Below the pieces are notes generated by a model that saw only the letters and a list, made by a program, of their open reading frames with translations, had not been told where the DNA came from and made no database searches. A program made the translations under genes and the position numbers. This document shows, one piece after another, positions 33,628-47,067 of a stretch of DNA of 64,000 nt. Position 1 is the stretch's first letter; each line of letters opens with the position of its first letter. This stretch comes from Patellaria atrata CBS 101060 (taxonomy: Eukaryota). Where the stretch lies: assembly GCA_010093705.1 (NCBI GenBank), contig MU006090.1, positions 124,001 through 188,000 on the forward strand, given 5' to 3'.

Positions 33628-36297
33628 CTAACTCACAGGATAGGGTTTGGGAGGTTGTCCCCCTGGTACCGGTCCTGGTTCTCCAATCCCCCCTGGGGGC
33701 GTTGGAGCACCAGGTATCTCGCCCGCTGTAGGAAGCATAATCTCGGGCAATTTGATCGGGCTGTTACCTGCTTTGATCTTGTCGCCTAGTTTTTCTCCCC
33801 TGATCACCTTCTCCATCTCCTCCTTATTCAAAGTCTCGTACTCCACAAGACCTTCTGCTAGGAGATCTAACTCTTTGCGGTATTTTGTCAAGATACCCCT
33901 AGCTCGTTCTCTGGATTCTTCAACCAGTCTCCTGACTTCCGAGTCAATACGCTCCTTTGTTGCCGATGAGAGCTTGTTGTAATTGGTATTGAGATCGATG
34001 TTGCCCAGCAATTCGCTCATACCGCACTGCGTAACCATCGTATAAGCTATCCTCGTCGCTGACTGGATGTCAGAACTGGCTCCGGATGTCACTTGATCTG
34101 GCCCGTAAACCAGCTCTTCCGCGACCTTTCCACCCATACACACATCGATATCAGCAAGATACTCGCTATATGTTCTGCTGACTTTATCGATTTCTGGGAG
34201 ACGGAAAGTGATACCAAGTGCGTGGCCACGGGGCATGATTGTTGCCTTGTACAGAGGATCCGAATACTTGGAAAACATAGCGACAAGGGCATGTCCACCT
34301 TCGTGGTAAGCGGTCGCAACCTTATCCTTCTGCTGAATAATGGCGCTACGACGTTCAGCACCCATCAAGACCTTGTCTTTGGCCCATTCAAAATGTTGCA
34401 TATGTACCTTTGCAGCTTTGCTCTTACTGGCATACACAGCAGCCTGGTTACAGATGTTTTCGAGTTCCGCACCGGAGAAACCCGGTGTACCCCGAGCAAT
34501 GACTGATGCATCGACATCGGTGCCAATTTGGATATTTCGCATGTGATGTTTGAGGATAGCAATTCTGCCCCTGACGTCAGGTAAACCAACGACAACATTG
34601 CGATCAAATCGTCCTGGTCGAGTCAAAGCCTTATCGAGTAATTCGGGGAAGTTGGTAGCCGCAATAAAGATCACGCCAGAATTTTGGTCGAAGCCATCGA
34701 GATCCGTTAAAAGTTGGTTCAAAGTTTGCTTCACATAAGCCGAGTCTCGTTCATTACGTTTGCCACCTATCGCATCGAGCTCATCAATGAACACAATAGA
34801 TGGTGCTTTAGCCCTAGCAGCCGAGAAGAGTTCTCGGACACGTTTTGCACCAACACCCACATAGACCTCATCGAACTCGGATCCGGACATGTAAAAGAAT
34901 GGTACGCCAGCCTCGCCAGCGACAGCACGGGCAAGGAGAGTCTTTCCCGTACCAGGAGGGCCGACGAGAAGGACACCCTTGGGCAATTTACCACCAAGCG
35001 TGGAGAAGGATTCGGGAGCTTTCAAGAAATCGACCAGTTCTTGTAGCTCCTCCTTCGCCTCATCGCAACCGTGCACATCGGAGAAGCGTGTAGTTTGTAG
35101 TTCAGGTTTAGCCTCAGTTGCCTGCGCACCACCCACCTTCTTTAACATACCTCCAGCTTCAACCAGGAGTGTGAGTAAGGCGTAGGAAAGCCAGCCGACA
35201 AAGGCCAAGTAAGCGAGGAATTTGACCCATCTGAATACCGTACTGCCAGTAGATTCTTCGACAACGACGTACAGGGGGCTTTGCCTGTCGCCGCTTCCCC
35301 CTTTCGCTATAGCTCCAGTCGAACCATTGGTACGTGCGGCAACTGCTTGCGCAACAGACTGTAACTGGTGCGCGTTGAGATTTCCCGTCTGTCCGATGAT
35401 GTTCTGCCCACTTTCGTCAGATTGTCCCATCATTTTCAAGGCCTTCTCGTAAATATCATCAACCGAAGCATTCCGCGCAAACTGACCGGTCTGATACCGT
35501 TGAACGACTATTTGAGGCAGGTTGTTTGCGAGCAGGGATGAGTAGAATGCATACTGAGAATACGCGCTTTTAGGGTTATTATTCGCTGCTTGTTCCCTGT
35601 AAGCAAGTTGGTTATTTGATGAAGAGCTTAAACCGAAGAGAGTTCGACGCTGGATCAATCCGGGAGAATAAGGTCGAGCGATGGGACGTAGTCCGAGGGT
35701 TTCTAGACGATTCATGGTCGAGTAATATTTTGACGAGGGTAACCGGTTCATGTAAGGATTGCATGTTTTCATTCGAGATACTGCGCGATTCAGCAAATTG
35801 ATCGGAGTTATAAGCTATATAGAAGCTTTACCTGAAGACAATATGCTGGAAATAGTGTGCTGTGTCCCTGTCAAAGCAGAGACAGGTGGGCTAAATCGTA
35901 GTGTAGACGGGGGAACACATGTGAAGCATTCGGGTGAGGGTGTCGATGGAGAGGCAGCCTGATGTTGTATTAGCTTCCTGTTGTATTATTACTATCATCT
36001 CAACAGATACCAACCTACCCTTGCTTCAGGTGCCTTCTCATTCTGCGCCCTTGGTTCCTGATTTGCAGACCTCTGTCTCGTTTCGGCGGAATGTCTGATG
36101 CTGGGTGGCGTGCGACGAGTAGCTCCTAACCAAGGCAGGGAGACAACGTTGGAAAGAGCGGGCCATGATTCAACAGCAGCAAAAGCGACATTCTATTATA
36201 TGCAAGTCAGTAAATATGCTACTGTTGTAAGAATATGGATTGGAGTTGCAGTCGCGAAGACAACATGAGGTAGACTTGCTGGGATCTGGAGAGCCAT
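33628..36297 (-). CDS. YME1: Mitochondrial i-AAA protease (5' exons approximate)
   Basis: Walker A GPPGTGKT, Walker [21 protein letters not shown], zinc motif HEGGH and a single TM. Upstream exons MALQIP.../[16 protein letters not shown] were reconstructed by eye, so the start is less certain. Confidence 0.93.
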
Positions 36298-36960
36298 GGA
36301 TATTCCAACAGCGGCCGGATAGCCGCGGGTAGGGAGGACTATGCCAGAAAACAAGAGAAAGAAAGTATTGTTTAAGAGTAAAGAAAAGAGAAGTAGCCAG
36401 GCAGCATGTTAACATGCGAAGGTGGTGGATATTATTGATGGGGACGATGTTGTTGAATATCATAAACTCTCTGGGCTGAGCGGCGAAGGCCAGATCTGGA
36501 AAGCCTCGCCAAGAGGACCCTTGTGCCTTTCTTTAACCTTCCATCTGTGGATAAAATATTCTCCTACACGGACGAAAAGTATAAGGTCGGGTAACGTTAT
36601 GTGAAGTTTGGAATATAATCAGCATAATACTTTGCTACGTGCGTGTACTTAACTATATTCTGGAACACAAAGTGTTGTACGTACAGTACAGTCGGGTACG
36701 AGCAGTATAGCAGAGTACAGTACAGTATTTGTCACCCCTCCCCCCTGAACACGTTCCTTCTATTTGCAGGTTATAAACAAACAAACCGTGACTTCTTTCT
36801 ATATCCCAGAGAGCCGTTACATAGTGGTGGGAAGCCCCCACCGCACCGATCAGGCCAAAACCCTCAACCGGTCCAGAGGTCGAACCTGAGAGGGGGGATA
36901 ATGTCCTCAAGCAGAAGTACCACGCCGCTCGTCCAATAAATAGTAGCGGGTAGGAACTAT

Positions 36961-37025
36961 TTTGCCTTTTTTTGCCTTTTTTTGCCTTTTTTTGCCTTTT
37001 TTTTTTCTTTGTTTTTCTTTTTTTT
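36961..37025 (+). repeat. T-rich tandem repeat (T7GCC)x4 running into poly-T
   Basis: tttgcc tttttttgcc tttttttgcc tttttttgcc ttttttttttc is directly visible. Confidence 0.85.
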
Positions 37026-37225
37026 CCTCAAGTTTTAAGGGACTTTTTAGAAAGCGTGTCAATATAGTAAGGAGGGTGTGTCAAAATAACAGCTCACTTG
37101 ATCTAATATTCATCGTAATATCATGGTACCGTATCCCAAATAAACCCCATAATGCCTGTAAACCTCGACACCCCAGGGTATACCCACCATGCACCCAAGC
37201 CTTGAACTCCAGAAAATGACCCTTC

Positions 37226-39472
37226 CTACTTCCTCCCCTTCCCCCTCCTCTTCCTCCCTCCAGACGCCTCAGGCTGCACCGGAACCTCAATCCTGCCCCC
37301 CTGAACTTCCTCCCCTAACCCCTCCGTCTCCTCCATCTCCCTCAGCTTCTCTTGCCCACTAATGAAGAAGCTCAGATCCCTATTCTGCTCTTCTAGCTCC
37401 CTCTTCTCCTGCTCCAAACCCTGACACTTCCCCTCCACCTCTCCGATCTTACTTTCTAGGAACTTGATCTTCTCGGAAAGTGCACCGTTCAAGCTTTTCT
37501 CCTCCTGAACGCTCTTGGTTAATGTTCGTGCTAGCATTTCTGCTCGCTCTGCTTTGCGTCTGTTCCGCTCAGCATCTTTCTCCAGATCAGAAATATTGCG
37601 TGTAGCTTCCGTATAGCTTGATTGCAGAGCCTCCACCTTCGTAGCAAGATCGGCTGCCGTGGCGGCTGCTTTTTCGGCGGCGGAAGATGCTTTTGACGCC
37701 TTGTCAACTGCTCGTTCTACTTGCTCCTCAAAATATGTCCGCTGGGAGTCCAGTTGCGAAGTGAGTAGGTACGCGTATTCCATGCCCATATTGTCAAGTT
37801 TCTCGCGAGGAACCGTATCCTCGCCGAAACCGGTCATGGTGTTGTTTCCACCTCCATTCCGGCCGTACGCATTCGAATAAGCTGTAGGAAGATCGATGAG
37901 CTTGTTGTCAGCTTTATTTTGGATGAGACGGTGAACATAGCCATCTCCAGCATAGTCCCAAACATGCTGTGTTTCGATATCCATAGCATAACTGTGACTT
38001 GTAGCCTCATAGTGAGCAAACGCATGTGCTTCATCATAACGGCCGCAGCCCGTGTTACCGCAAATGAGGCAGATCCAGAGATTGGTAGTTGAGCCGCAGA
38101 CGCTGCACTCGTTCTCAGGTCCATCGCCATCTAGGTTGTGCGCTCGAGATAGCATACTGTCATTTTGAGTGTACCTACACACGGGACATCCACTACCTCG
38201 CCATTTCTCAAGACACGCGCAATGAAACACATGTTGACAGAGGATAGTAAGCAGTCCTGTAGTTTCATCCATACGTTCTAGGCAAACTGGACACGTGGGA
38301 AGCTCTATAAGTGCTGGAGTCGGCGGTGCAAGTGGCTTAGTAGACAATGATGATACCATTGATGATGATTCTATAGGACTTGAAGGATTAATGGGGAGCG
38401 GTGCTGTGGGAGCTGGACGAGCAGCTGGGGTAAAGGGGTCATTAGTCATTTCAGGGAAACTTGAAGGATCTCGATTTGCCAGGGAAGTTTGGAATTCAAT
38501 GGACTTAACAAATACGACATGGCAGTTTTCGGGCTATTCAACCTGTTAGAATAACGTGAGGGGTCTAGACGCTTCAATACTAACCTCCATACTGTTGAAC
38601 AGCTTGCCATCCCATTGTTCTCTCCATGCCTTTGCTTTCTTTGCTTCTCTGAACTTCATAAGTACCATATATTTATTCGTTCGTCCTGTCCGTATGAGCC
38701 GGAAATGGCTAACATCTTCCCTCGTTTGTTCGCCAACATAGCCCAGCAGATCAGAAGGTGTCATATAACTTGGGACCGCGAGTATACACAGGGTCGTGCA
38801 TTTGTCTTCGTCGAAGTCTTCCGCATCTCCATTTTCCGAGCCAGCACTTGAAGCAGTTTCATCATCTAGTCTAGGTGTCTCTTTTGGGTCTCGGTACAGA
38901 TGTACCACGCCCCACCCGACCTCTGTATTCTTAGGATTTGAAGGTATGTATTTCCCCTTCGTTGCTAAGCCTCCTTGACTCGCTCCAACATGCGTATTGT
39001 TGTTCGAAAGCTTGCCAACCGGTCTAATTCCATTCTGTGCGGGCGGCACCATCTCCAAGTCAATACTCTGTATTGAAACGCTCCCAAAGCGCCAATCTCT
39101 GGGGGCGGGAACTTCGGTAGGTGCGCTAGAGATTGTACCTGAGCGTATAGGCACAGGACTATTGCGTAGCTCGCTGGGTGATGTCGACGAGATGTAACTA
39201 AGACCTCTTTGTCGGAGCGTAGGGCGAGCGTCTGTCGGGTTTGTTCGAGAGAGATCTACAGAGTGTGTAGTCTTCGAGCGGCGATGTTTGCCTCTGGATA
39301 CGTTCCTAGAGTCCCAAGAGGAGATACTATGAGCAGGTAACGAGGTCCTGAAAATATCAGTGCCTGGAGGAGGAAGGTATAGGTTATGTGGGTCGAAGTC
39401 TGGGAGCTGTGTATAGATACTGGGGGGAGAAGGATACAGTTCAAAGGCCAAATGATAAAAGTACGATGGCAT
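37226..39472 (-). CDS. ETP1: BRAP2/Etp1 RING and ZnF-UBP ubiquitin ligase (2 exons)
   Basis: BRAP2 domain (LCILAVPSYMTPSDLLGYV...YMVLMKFR...FNSME/PENCHVVFV), RING ELPTCPVCLERMD...CQHVFHCACL...CPVCR, ZnF-UBP LWICLICGNTGCGRY...WDYAGDGYVHRL, and a C-terminal coiled coil. Confidence 0.95.
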
Positions 39473-39748
39473 TAGGAAAATGAAATCGTTGCGTCGTCAC
39501 GGTCATTCATTGTTAGAACGGTGTTTCTATGTAAAAGTGGTTTTCGGCGCGAAGTATCTAGGTTGGTAGGTGCAGAGTGACGTTGAGTAGTTCCAGTTCC
39601 AGAAATTTATCTACCCCAGACTTTCTTCGACTCAACATCAACTTCGGCGACCTCCTCTACAATCAATACCGTCTCCATTGCCCTAATCAAAACGACCCTC
39701 CTCTTCGACCTTTTACCTCTCCTCCTCCTCTTCCTCCTCCTCCTCACA

Positions 39749-40387
39749 ATGGCCCCCACGACAACCCCCACCACCCATACCCCCTCCTCAACACCCCTCC
39801 CCCGGACCTTCACCGACGGCGCTCCACTCCCCAAACTCATTGCCTTCGACCTCGACTACACCCTCTGGCCCTTCTGGGTCGACACGCACGTCACACCCCC
39901 TCTAAAGCCTCAATCATCCGGCCTTACCGTAAAAGACCGATACGGAGAATCTTACGGATTCTACCAAGATGTGGGTGGGGTCTTAGAGGCTTGTCGTCAG
40001 AAGGGTATTCAAGTCGCAGCGGCGAGTCGAACGCATGCTCCGGAGCTGGGGAGGGAGATGTTGGCCCTTTTGAGGATACCTCCGTCTGGAGACACAGAGA
40101 AAAGAGAGAGCGGGAATAGGGAGGAAGAGAAGGGAAAGGGGGAGAAGGCGATCAAGTACTTCGATTACCTAGAGATATTTCCCGGAAGTAAGACTACGCA
40201 TTTCGAGCGCATTGCGCGGGAAAGTGGGATCGAATATACCGAGATGCTGTTTTTCGATGACGAAACTCGGAATAAGAACGTGGAGAAACTGGGCGTGGTT
40301 ATGAAGCTGGTGAGAGATGGGGTTACAGTCGAAGAGGTGGATAGGGGTGTGGAGAGTTGGAGGAGGAGGAACGGGAAGGGTAGATAG
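39749..40387 (+). CDS. MDP1: Magnesium-dependent phosphatase 1 (HAD class IIIC)
   Basis: LPKLIAFDLDYTLWPFWVD (DxD motif), ASRT, EIFPGSKTTHF, MLFFDDE.RN. Confidence 0.92.
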   Translation: MAPTTTPTTHTPSSTPLPRTFTDGAPLPKLIAFDLDYTLWPFWVDTHVTPPLKPQSSGLTVKDRYGESYGFYQDVGGVLEACRQKGIQVAAASRTHAPELGREMLALLRIPPSGDTEKRESGNREEEKGKGEKAIKYFDYLEIFPGSKTTHFERIARESGIEYTEMLFFDDETRNKNVEKLGVVMKLVRDGVTVEEVDRGVESWRRRNGKGR

Positions 40388-40740
40388 TTTGGGGGGTTTG
40401 TATCTGGGGGTTGAAGGTATTGTATATCAATATTGCGTTTGATACCACTTTCGCACTGGGTTCATAGGGTCCCTATAAGATTGTTCAATATGTACTGCGT
40501 ATTCTCCAATCGAAGCTATTAGTAGATATCGCTTGTCTGTAGAGAAATGAGGCATTTGAGACTTTATAATTGCACTGGTTGCACCAATATTGGACCATAT
40601 AGGTGCATTTGAAATCATCCGAATGTTCATAGGCTATGGCTCAAGATAAGACAATGTACAAGTGAACATTCGCAAAGTGGACATATCTCCAATCCGGTAT
40701 ACCAGACGGCCAATTACCTCAAGAACTCTCAAGCCGGACA

Positions 40741-42767
40741 TCACTCACGAACTTGATACGTGAGGCAGCCAATAGCCTCCAGAATCCTCCACATCCGTAT
40801 ACTGTCATTCTTGTTCGCGAACCCTCTCTCAATCTCCAAGGAAGCTCTATCTTGTGCGTACGCTATTATCCTATCCTGCTGCTCCTCGCTCACTACTCCC
40901 TCACCCTTTGCTGCACAGAGTATGATCTGGCGCCATACTTTCATCGGGAGCTGCATCGGGAGGCCAGGATCGGAGATGCCTCCAGAACCAACAACGATCT
41001 TAGCGCGCACTGTCGATTTTACAGGCGCTCCCTTAGGTCCCACTTTAGTGGGAGATGGTTGCTTCTTGCGCTTGTTGAATTCCGTAACGGAGCCGTACTC
41101 CGTGACACTAGCGTATGTGGGTTGATTCGAAGTGCTAGTGATAGCGAAGATTGGTGTCGAAGATGGAGATGGTGCTACGACAAGGTCCGAGGCGTAGGTA
41201 CTGACGCCTCCGGAAGTTGATTTGGGGGTAGGTCCTATCTTCGCGAACATCACCCTTGATAGGACGAGGAGTCTTAAGGATGATCGCCACAACTGGACTT
41301 CACTCAACTGGCCTTCGGCCATCATAATTCGCTCGATTCTCTTTCGTACACTCACGAGCTGTTCCTCAGTTGCAAGGATATCTTCGTTTGGTAAGCTCGG
41401 GTCTTCCGAATAGGACCCAGCTGGACCCGACCCTGCTGGGATGGTGCTAGAGTGGCGTTGATGGCTAGTGAGGTTGCTTGAGAGACGCTGATTTCGTTCA
41501 GCTACGGAGGATCGCCTTTGACTTCTACAAGTGTATTAGTAAGGTATCACACTTTAAGGGAGATGTAATCAAAAAAAGGTGAATTAAAACGAAGGTAAAG
41601 GCAAATTAACTGATTAGACATACGCTTCAAGGGATGATGTGTATGCTGTACCAGTCGATGTAACTTGCGCTAGCAAACTGCCTAATCCTTCATCCGCAAA
41701 TCTGGATAGAGACTGCCGAACAGCTTCCGCATGATAGAGAAGTTTCTCCCCGGTAGCGGTAAGCGTACCGTTTGGGAAATGAATGAGGCCCCAACATTGA
41801 GTTTTCTTGTGGTATTCATCATATACTGTAGCGAGGGAGCTGGGCTTGACTCCGCGCATAAGCTGTTGTGGGTGATAATGTCTCTCAAGAATTTGAGAAT
41901 AATGTAAGGCTCCAGAATCAGTCATTGAGACATCGGAGAATACAAGGTAAGGTATCGAGCGTAAACCCTGACGCTTGACTGATGCGCGCGGGTTCTCAGC
42001 CTGCTCATCAGGCACCTTTATACTCAAAGACTGCATCTGCTTCCCAAGATCGCTCACTTCGGATACAGACGCGCCAGGTGAGTGATTCTCAGGATTGGAG
42101 AAAAGGGTTTGGACGGGTGCAAGTCCTGCTGCGTCAATGGTAGGATGATTGCTGTACACTCGAAGAAGGACTTCGAAAGGTTTCGGTCCGAAAAGTTGGT
42201 TACCACTGAAGTCAATTCGTCTGACAACATGGCAGTTCCGGAAGGAATACAAGAAGATTTCCCAATTGTGGGCATCCTCCTCAGTCTTGACGCAAATTTT
42301 GTTTCCCGACAAGTCAAGATCTCTCAAATCAGAGGGCACGATGCGTATGATTTGTGCAAGGGTTGGTAGCATCGCCGTAGTGATATCGTTTCCCGACAGG
42401 TTTAACTCTTCAAGTCTAAAACAACCCGCGCCACTTTGGTCTGTTAGAGCCTCCTGTAAGCCTTCAACTACCTCCTGTACGCCATCGGCGCCGAGCTTTC
42501 TACCAGCAAGATTGAGCTCAAGGGGAGAAGAATCTTTGATGGAGGTGGATTTGCTCCAGAAAGTTTCTGCCTTCTTGCTCTGCGCCAACATTATTAGTAG
42601 CCATAGGCAAGTTCGAGGGCAAAGATTTGAGACCTACCATATCTTTGGCCACGATTTGACCCAGTTTCACACCTTCTGATTTACGCTACAAGCAAGACTT
42701 TGTTAGCTCTCCTTCATGTATTCAGTCTTGTCGAGATACGTACGTTGGCGTAGTTAAGCTTCACCAT
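40741..42767 (-). CDS. Leucine-rich-repeat (RNI-like) protein of unknown function (about 4 exons)
   Basis: LEELNLSGNDIT, LRDLDLSGNKI and VRRIDFSGNQL repeats. Short 5' exons begin MVKLNYAN/; the last exon includes ORF 40741-41355. Confidence 0.75.
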
Positions 42768-43394
42768 CTTGAGATGTGGAGATGTTGAGGTTGGAAGGTG
42801 AGAGCTGAAAGATGCGTCGAGGAAAGGAAGTCGCGACGCGATGTTGATAAACAAAAAAAAAAAGAACACGAAAGGACTCGCCGCGTGTGCCTTGATGGGT
42901 GGCGATTTGTGTCATGTATCGATTAGGTGGCACATGATTGAAGTCAAGTAGGTGAATGAAGACTTCGATAAGTGAATGTTTTCAAAGTAGATAAACAAGA
43001 GTCACTCCTAAAGACTGGAAACCTGCCTTCATGTCACACCAGCATACGGCATGATTATAGGGGTCGATAATTAACACTTGCAGTCTTGGTTGTGTGTGAT
43101 GGTATTTCTAAATGATCGATATTTCACTTCAATCTGTCTTGAACCATTCGACATTCCACATTGACGTTGGTAAGATGCCTAGGTGACTCATCCTGAGGAA
43201 CTTTTTCGGATTGCTATCTCCCATAAAGAGCGTAGAGGACATCCTTCACTTGTCATATACTCACGTATAACCTCGAACTTGTATCCATTTTCTTCGGCTT
43301 TGGATGGCAAATGAAATACCTAGAAATCACCGCAGAGGAAAGATAGGCTGGGAAATATCCGTCTGTAGACCTCGACCATGAGCTCATATTTCAA

Positions 43395-45623
43395 TTAATC
43401 AACCTTCGCGTTCGCCAAACCTCCAGTTGGAGCAGCGAGTACATTTGAGAGACGCAGATTGGTCCGTTTGTATTTGCTGTGTTTCCGAAGCCGTTTCCTC
43501 GCGACCATAACAGGTACTGATGATTTTGTGACCAGATAGTTGCTAAAAGAACCTAATAGCACGCTATAAAGCGGTCAGTATACCTTGATATACTATAGCA
43601 GCACATAGGAGGAGAAACGAGAAAGGAAAAGGCGATATACCCTTTCAGCGCACTACGGCCTCTTGAGCCTAGAATCACCAGAGTAGGGTCGAGGAAATCG
43701 ATCTAACCTAGTTAGCAACCCAAGCTATGTATGAGATCCGATTGCAACGTACGACTTCGGTGATCATGTGCTTTGGACTTTTACAGTGGAACACCTCAAT
43801 TACAACCCTAACTTGCAGTTTCGTCTTCCTTAGCAATTTCACACATCGACATGATACCTCTGCCGCAGCATTGTACCTCTCCCTCTCAGCCTCTCTCATA
43901 TTTGCTGTCTGAGCGGCTTTGTCTGCTTCTAACGGATCAACGCTATTCGAAAGAGGTGAGGGCCCCAAAGAGCTAGTAGATTGAAGGGGGTCCTGGGTGT
44001 GGGAAAGTGTCTTGACTAGAGAATTGGCATCTTTCATCGCTTCTGCGCCTTCGCCGATACCGACTCCGGATGTCTCCACGCCAGTACCAGCTTCTTCATC
44101 GATAGCATAGACAGCCAATAATGTGTCACCATCTCTAAGAACGGTGCCGATCGTCCATTCTAAGGCGTATGCCGCCTCCTCGCTCAAATCCGTAGCAACA
44201 AGATATACTCGTTGTCGACGCAGCCCTAGTTCAGCTTCTCTCTGCAATGCTGCATATTCACCTCGAATGATAGTCCGCACGCAACGATGAGCTTCAGGTG
44301 TAGAAGTGATCGGAGACATAGTGAGTGCCATGCGTTGGGCGCGTTTAATATCAGATATATCCGCTTCTGTGTCCGAATTCATGGGAGTAGACACTCCTGA
44401 TCCACCTTGATCAAAGCTAGTAGTAGGGTGCACACCTGCCTTCTTATTCATAGAAAGTTCACCGTCCGGTCCAGTGATAGAGATTGTAGGCTCAAGAAGC
44501 GAGCGAACCTTGTACGTAGAAGATACGTCTTTACCTACAGCGTTTGTAAGTAAGACTACGATAATTTGATTCGAAAAGAGAGAAACATACGTTCAGCTTC
44601 TGCTGCAGCAAGCAAACTCTTGGGTTTTCTAGCTTCTTTCGCCGAGGGGCCTGGTGGACTTTCGCTTACATCCCCTTCCCTTGACTTCCTTCTTGTTCTC
44701 CGCCTACCACGTCTCTTCTCGGAGCCCCAACCATCCTCATCTGAACTACCCTCGGACCCACCTGCGTCCTCATCGCTGGACTCGACGGCGCCATCTTCTT
44801 CGTAGTAATCTTCCTGTAGCCGGACCCCTCCCCCTGGAGCAGCCGAAACACCCTTCGCTGGATCAGAACCTTTGCGGGTAGGGAGATTAGCCAAACTTCC
44901 TCCTGACCGTAATAGTGCAGCATCTGACAATCTCCGGTAAGCGCTGGTCATGTCCACCACCTTTCCTGAGTCCGATACATATTTCCCCGGATCAGGCATG
45001 AGATTGAACGAGTTGTTGTTCAAGCGTCGGACGCCCGGGGACTCTGATCTGCCCGGTAGACGCGAAGATGGCGACATAGACTTCTTGTTCCCTAAAATGC
45101 CTGTTGTTGAATTATGCCTCCCCGCATCACGCTGCTCTTGGTTCCCAAAAACACCAGCCATTGCGCCTTTCTTCTTTCCACCTTGTGATACTCGTTTCGG
45201 TAATGCGTGCGACTCGATACTGGGAAGCATTTCGAACTGGTATGCTTGTTCGGGGTTGAGCTTCGGGCTGCCCATAACGGTTCGGCCAATTGGTGGCGGA
45301 GAGATATTAGACACCGTTTGCGATCTTGTCGAGGAAGGGGGGGACATATCGAGCATGCTGCGTCTAGGACCTCCCGCTGGAAATTGAGGGTTCAGAGCGC
45401 TCGGAGCGCTGGGACCTACACCAGCTATGGAGGCATGGCGACCACTTGGGGTCGAACCACCAATATCTAACATGCTGCGTACTGGGGATTGGGCCGCAGC
45501 TGGACTCACTGCTCGGCCTACACCAGGAGATGCGGTCCTTTGGTTAGGTCTCGGAAGAGCCCTCCCTTCCAAGAGGGCCATAACCTCCAATCTCTCCTCA
45601 TCTAGGGCGGATTCCAGAGACAT
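43395..45623 (-). CDS. Universal stress protein (USP)-domain protein with long disordered N-terminus (4 exons)
   Basis: YLVATDLSEEAAYALEWTIGTVLRDGDTLLAV; HCKSPKHMITEV/IDFLDPTLVILGSRGRSALKG/VLLGSFSNYLVTKSSVPVMVAR. Confidence 0.9.
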
Positions 45624-47067
45624 GTTGGGATATGGGAATGCTTCAGAGTTTATGGATATGGAATTGTCTTCCTTCGAAGATGTATCTTGTACGTTTAAAC
45701 TGCTGGGAGCCCTATCAGAATTTTACTCCGGTTTGGATCGATTATCGGATGATGGGAAGCTTGGTTATGGATGCCAGGCAGTATTTTTTAGTGAAGGAAT
45801 ATAGAATTTAGAATGGAAATTAATAGAATACTGTAGACGGTGGTGATGATGCAAATAGGCAAACAGCGACGGGAGTGCTCCAAGAGTCCGGGGCCCTGTT
45901 TGACCTTTGGGCTGTACTCTGCTAATGTAGATGGTGGTGTTTAGCGGGGAGGGGTCGGTCGGACTAAGGTGGGTTTCTAGTTCATCATCGTCAGAGGGCG
46001 TAAACAACGATTGTAGTCGGACAACCAGGAGCAGCGGCAGACGCTGTTTGGATGTTGTATCGATATAATGAAGAAATTTTCGGTGGAATACAATGCAGAT
46101 GGAAGACAAGGTGAGTGTTGGCAGCGGTTAGCCCTCGTCAAAGAGAATCTCGTGTCCGGTTTTTGTGAATGGCGACATAAGGAAGGCGGCTTGCAGATGA
46201 GACGATACAGAAGGTGAGGAGGGAACTGTAGCAAAGGTAAGTTCCTTAAGGTAGCAGGAGATTCGGAGAAACAGTAGATACTGTAGTTAATAGGCAGTGA
46301 GATACGGTGAAATAGATCAATAGGCAATTCTGCTAGTGGAGAACTGGAGAGAGAGTTAGGTAGTCCTAAGGATAGGATCATGGGAGCCCGTAGATGGTGA
46401 GAGGGGGGATCATTGAACGCCCAGGGCGTTGTCCTTGGCTCTGATAAACTTCATACCTTTGATTCTTCCCAATCTCCTTTCATCTATCAATTCTTCTATT
46501 TCAGGGAGTCTCGAGCCATCAACATATCAATGAATCCTAACTAACACAAGCGAACTCTCTGCGGACTCTATACCTGTCGATTGATAAACTCGAGGTCCCC
46601 ATCCATGTGACAACGATAGACTTGACGATGTCATCTTGTGCCAGAGTGCTTGGCTCTGCAAGCGTTGGTATTGGCAGCGACACAGCTTCTGCCGCTCGTT
46701 TCACGATCTGGCCGAGTTCCGATATCATATGAAGAATGATGGCAATACTGACAGGTGCTATCAGATGTAATATAATCATGATTACATAGCTGTTCGGAAC
46801 TAGGCTACACAGGAGATACAATATTGCAACAGTTGGGGGGATGGGCTCAGTGTCCAGTGTGTCTATAGAATCAAGCATATCTTTAAGATCAAAGAGATTT
46901 GTAGGTAAGTCATTACATGGTAAGTCTTCTGTTTAAACTACACCCTAATGAATATTACTATTAGAGGAACATCTCAAAATACAATTTTCTCCTTCACCCG
47001 CTTCTCCTCAAGACCAACACAATAAATATCCGGGAAATAATGAGTCTTCCTAGTTTTTCATGCCTTT

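Noticed and set aside
36870..36920. GAACCTGA...GGATAAT resemblance to a TPP riboswitch
   Set aside because: The upstream GGTG/CTGAGA pyrimidine-sensor elements are not in the required order, and no thiamine gene is adjacent.
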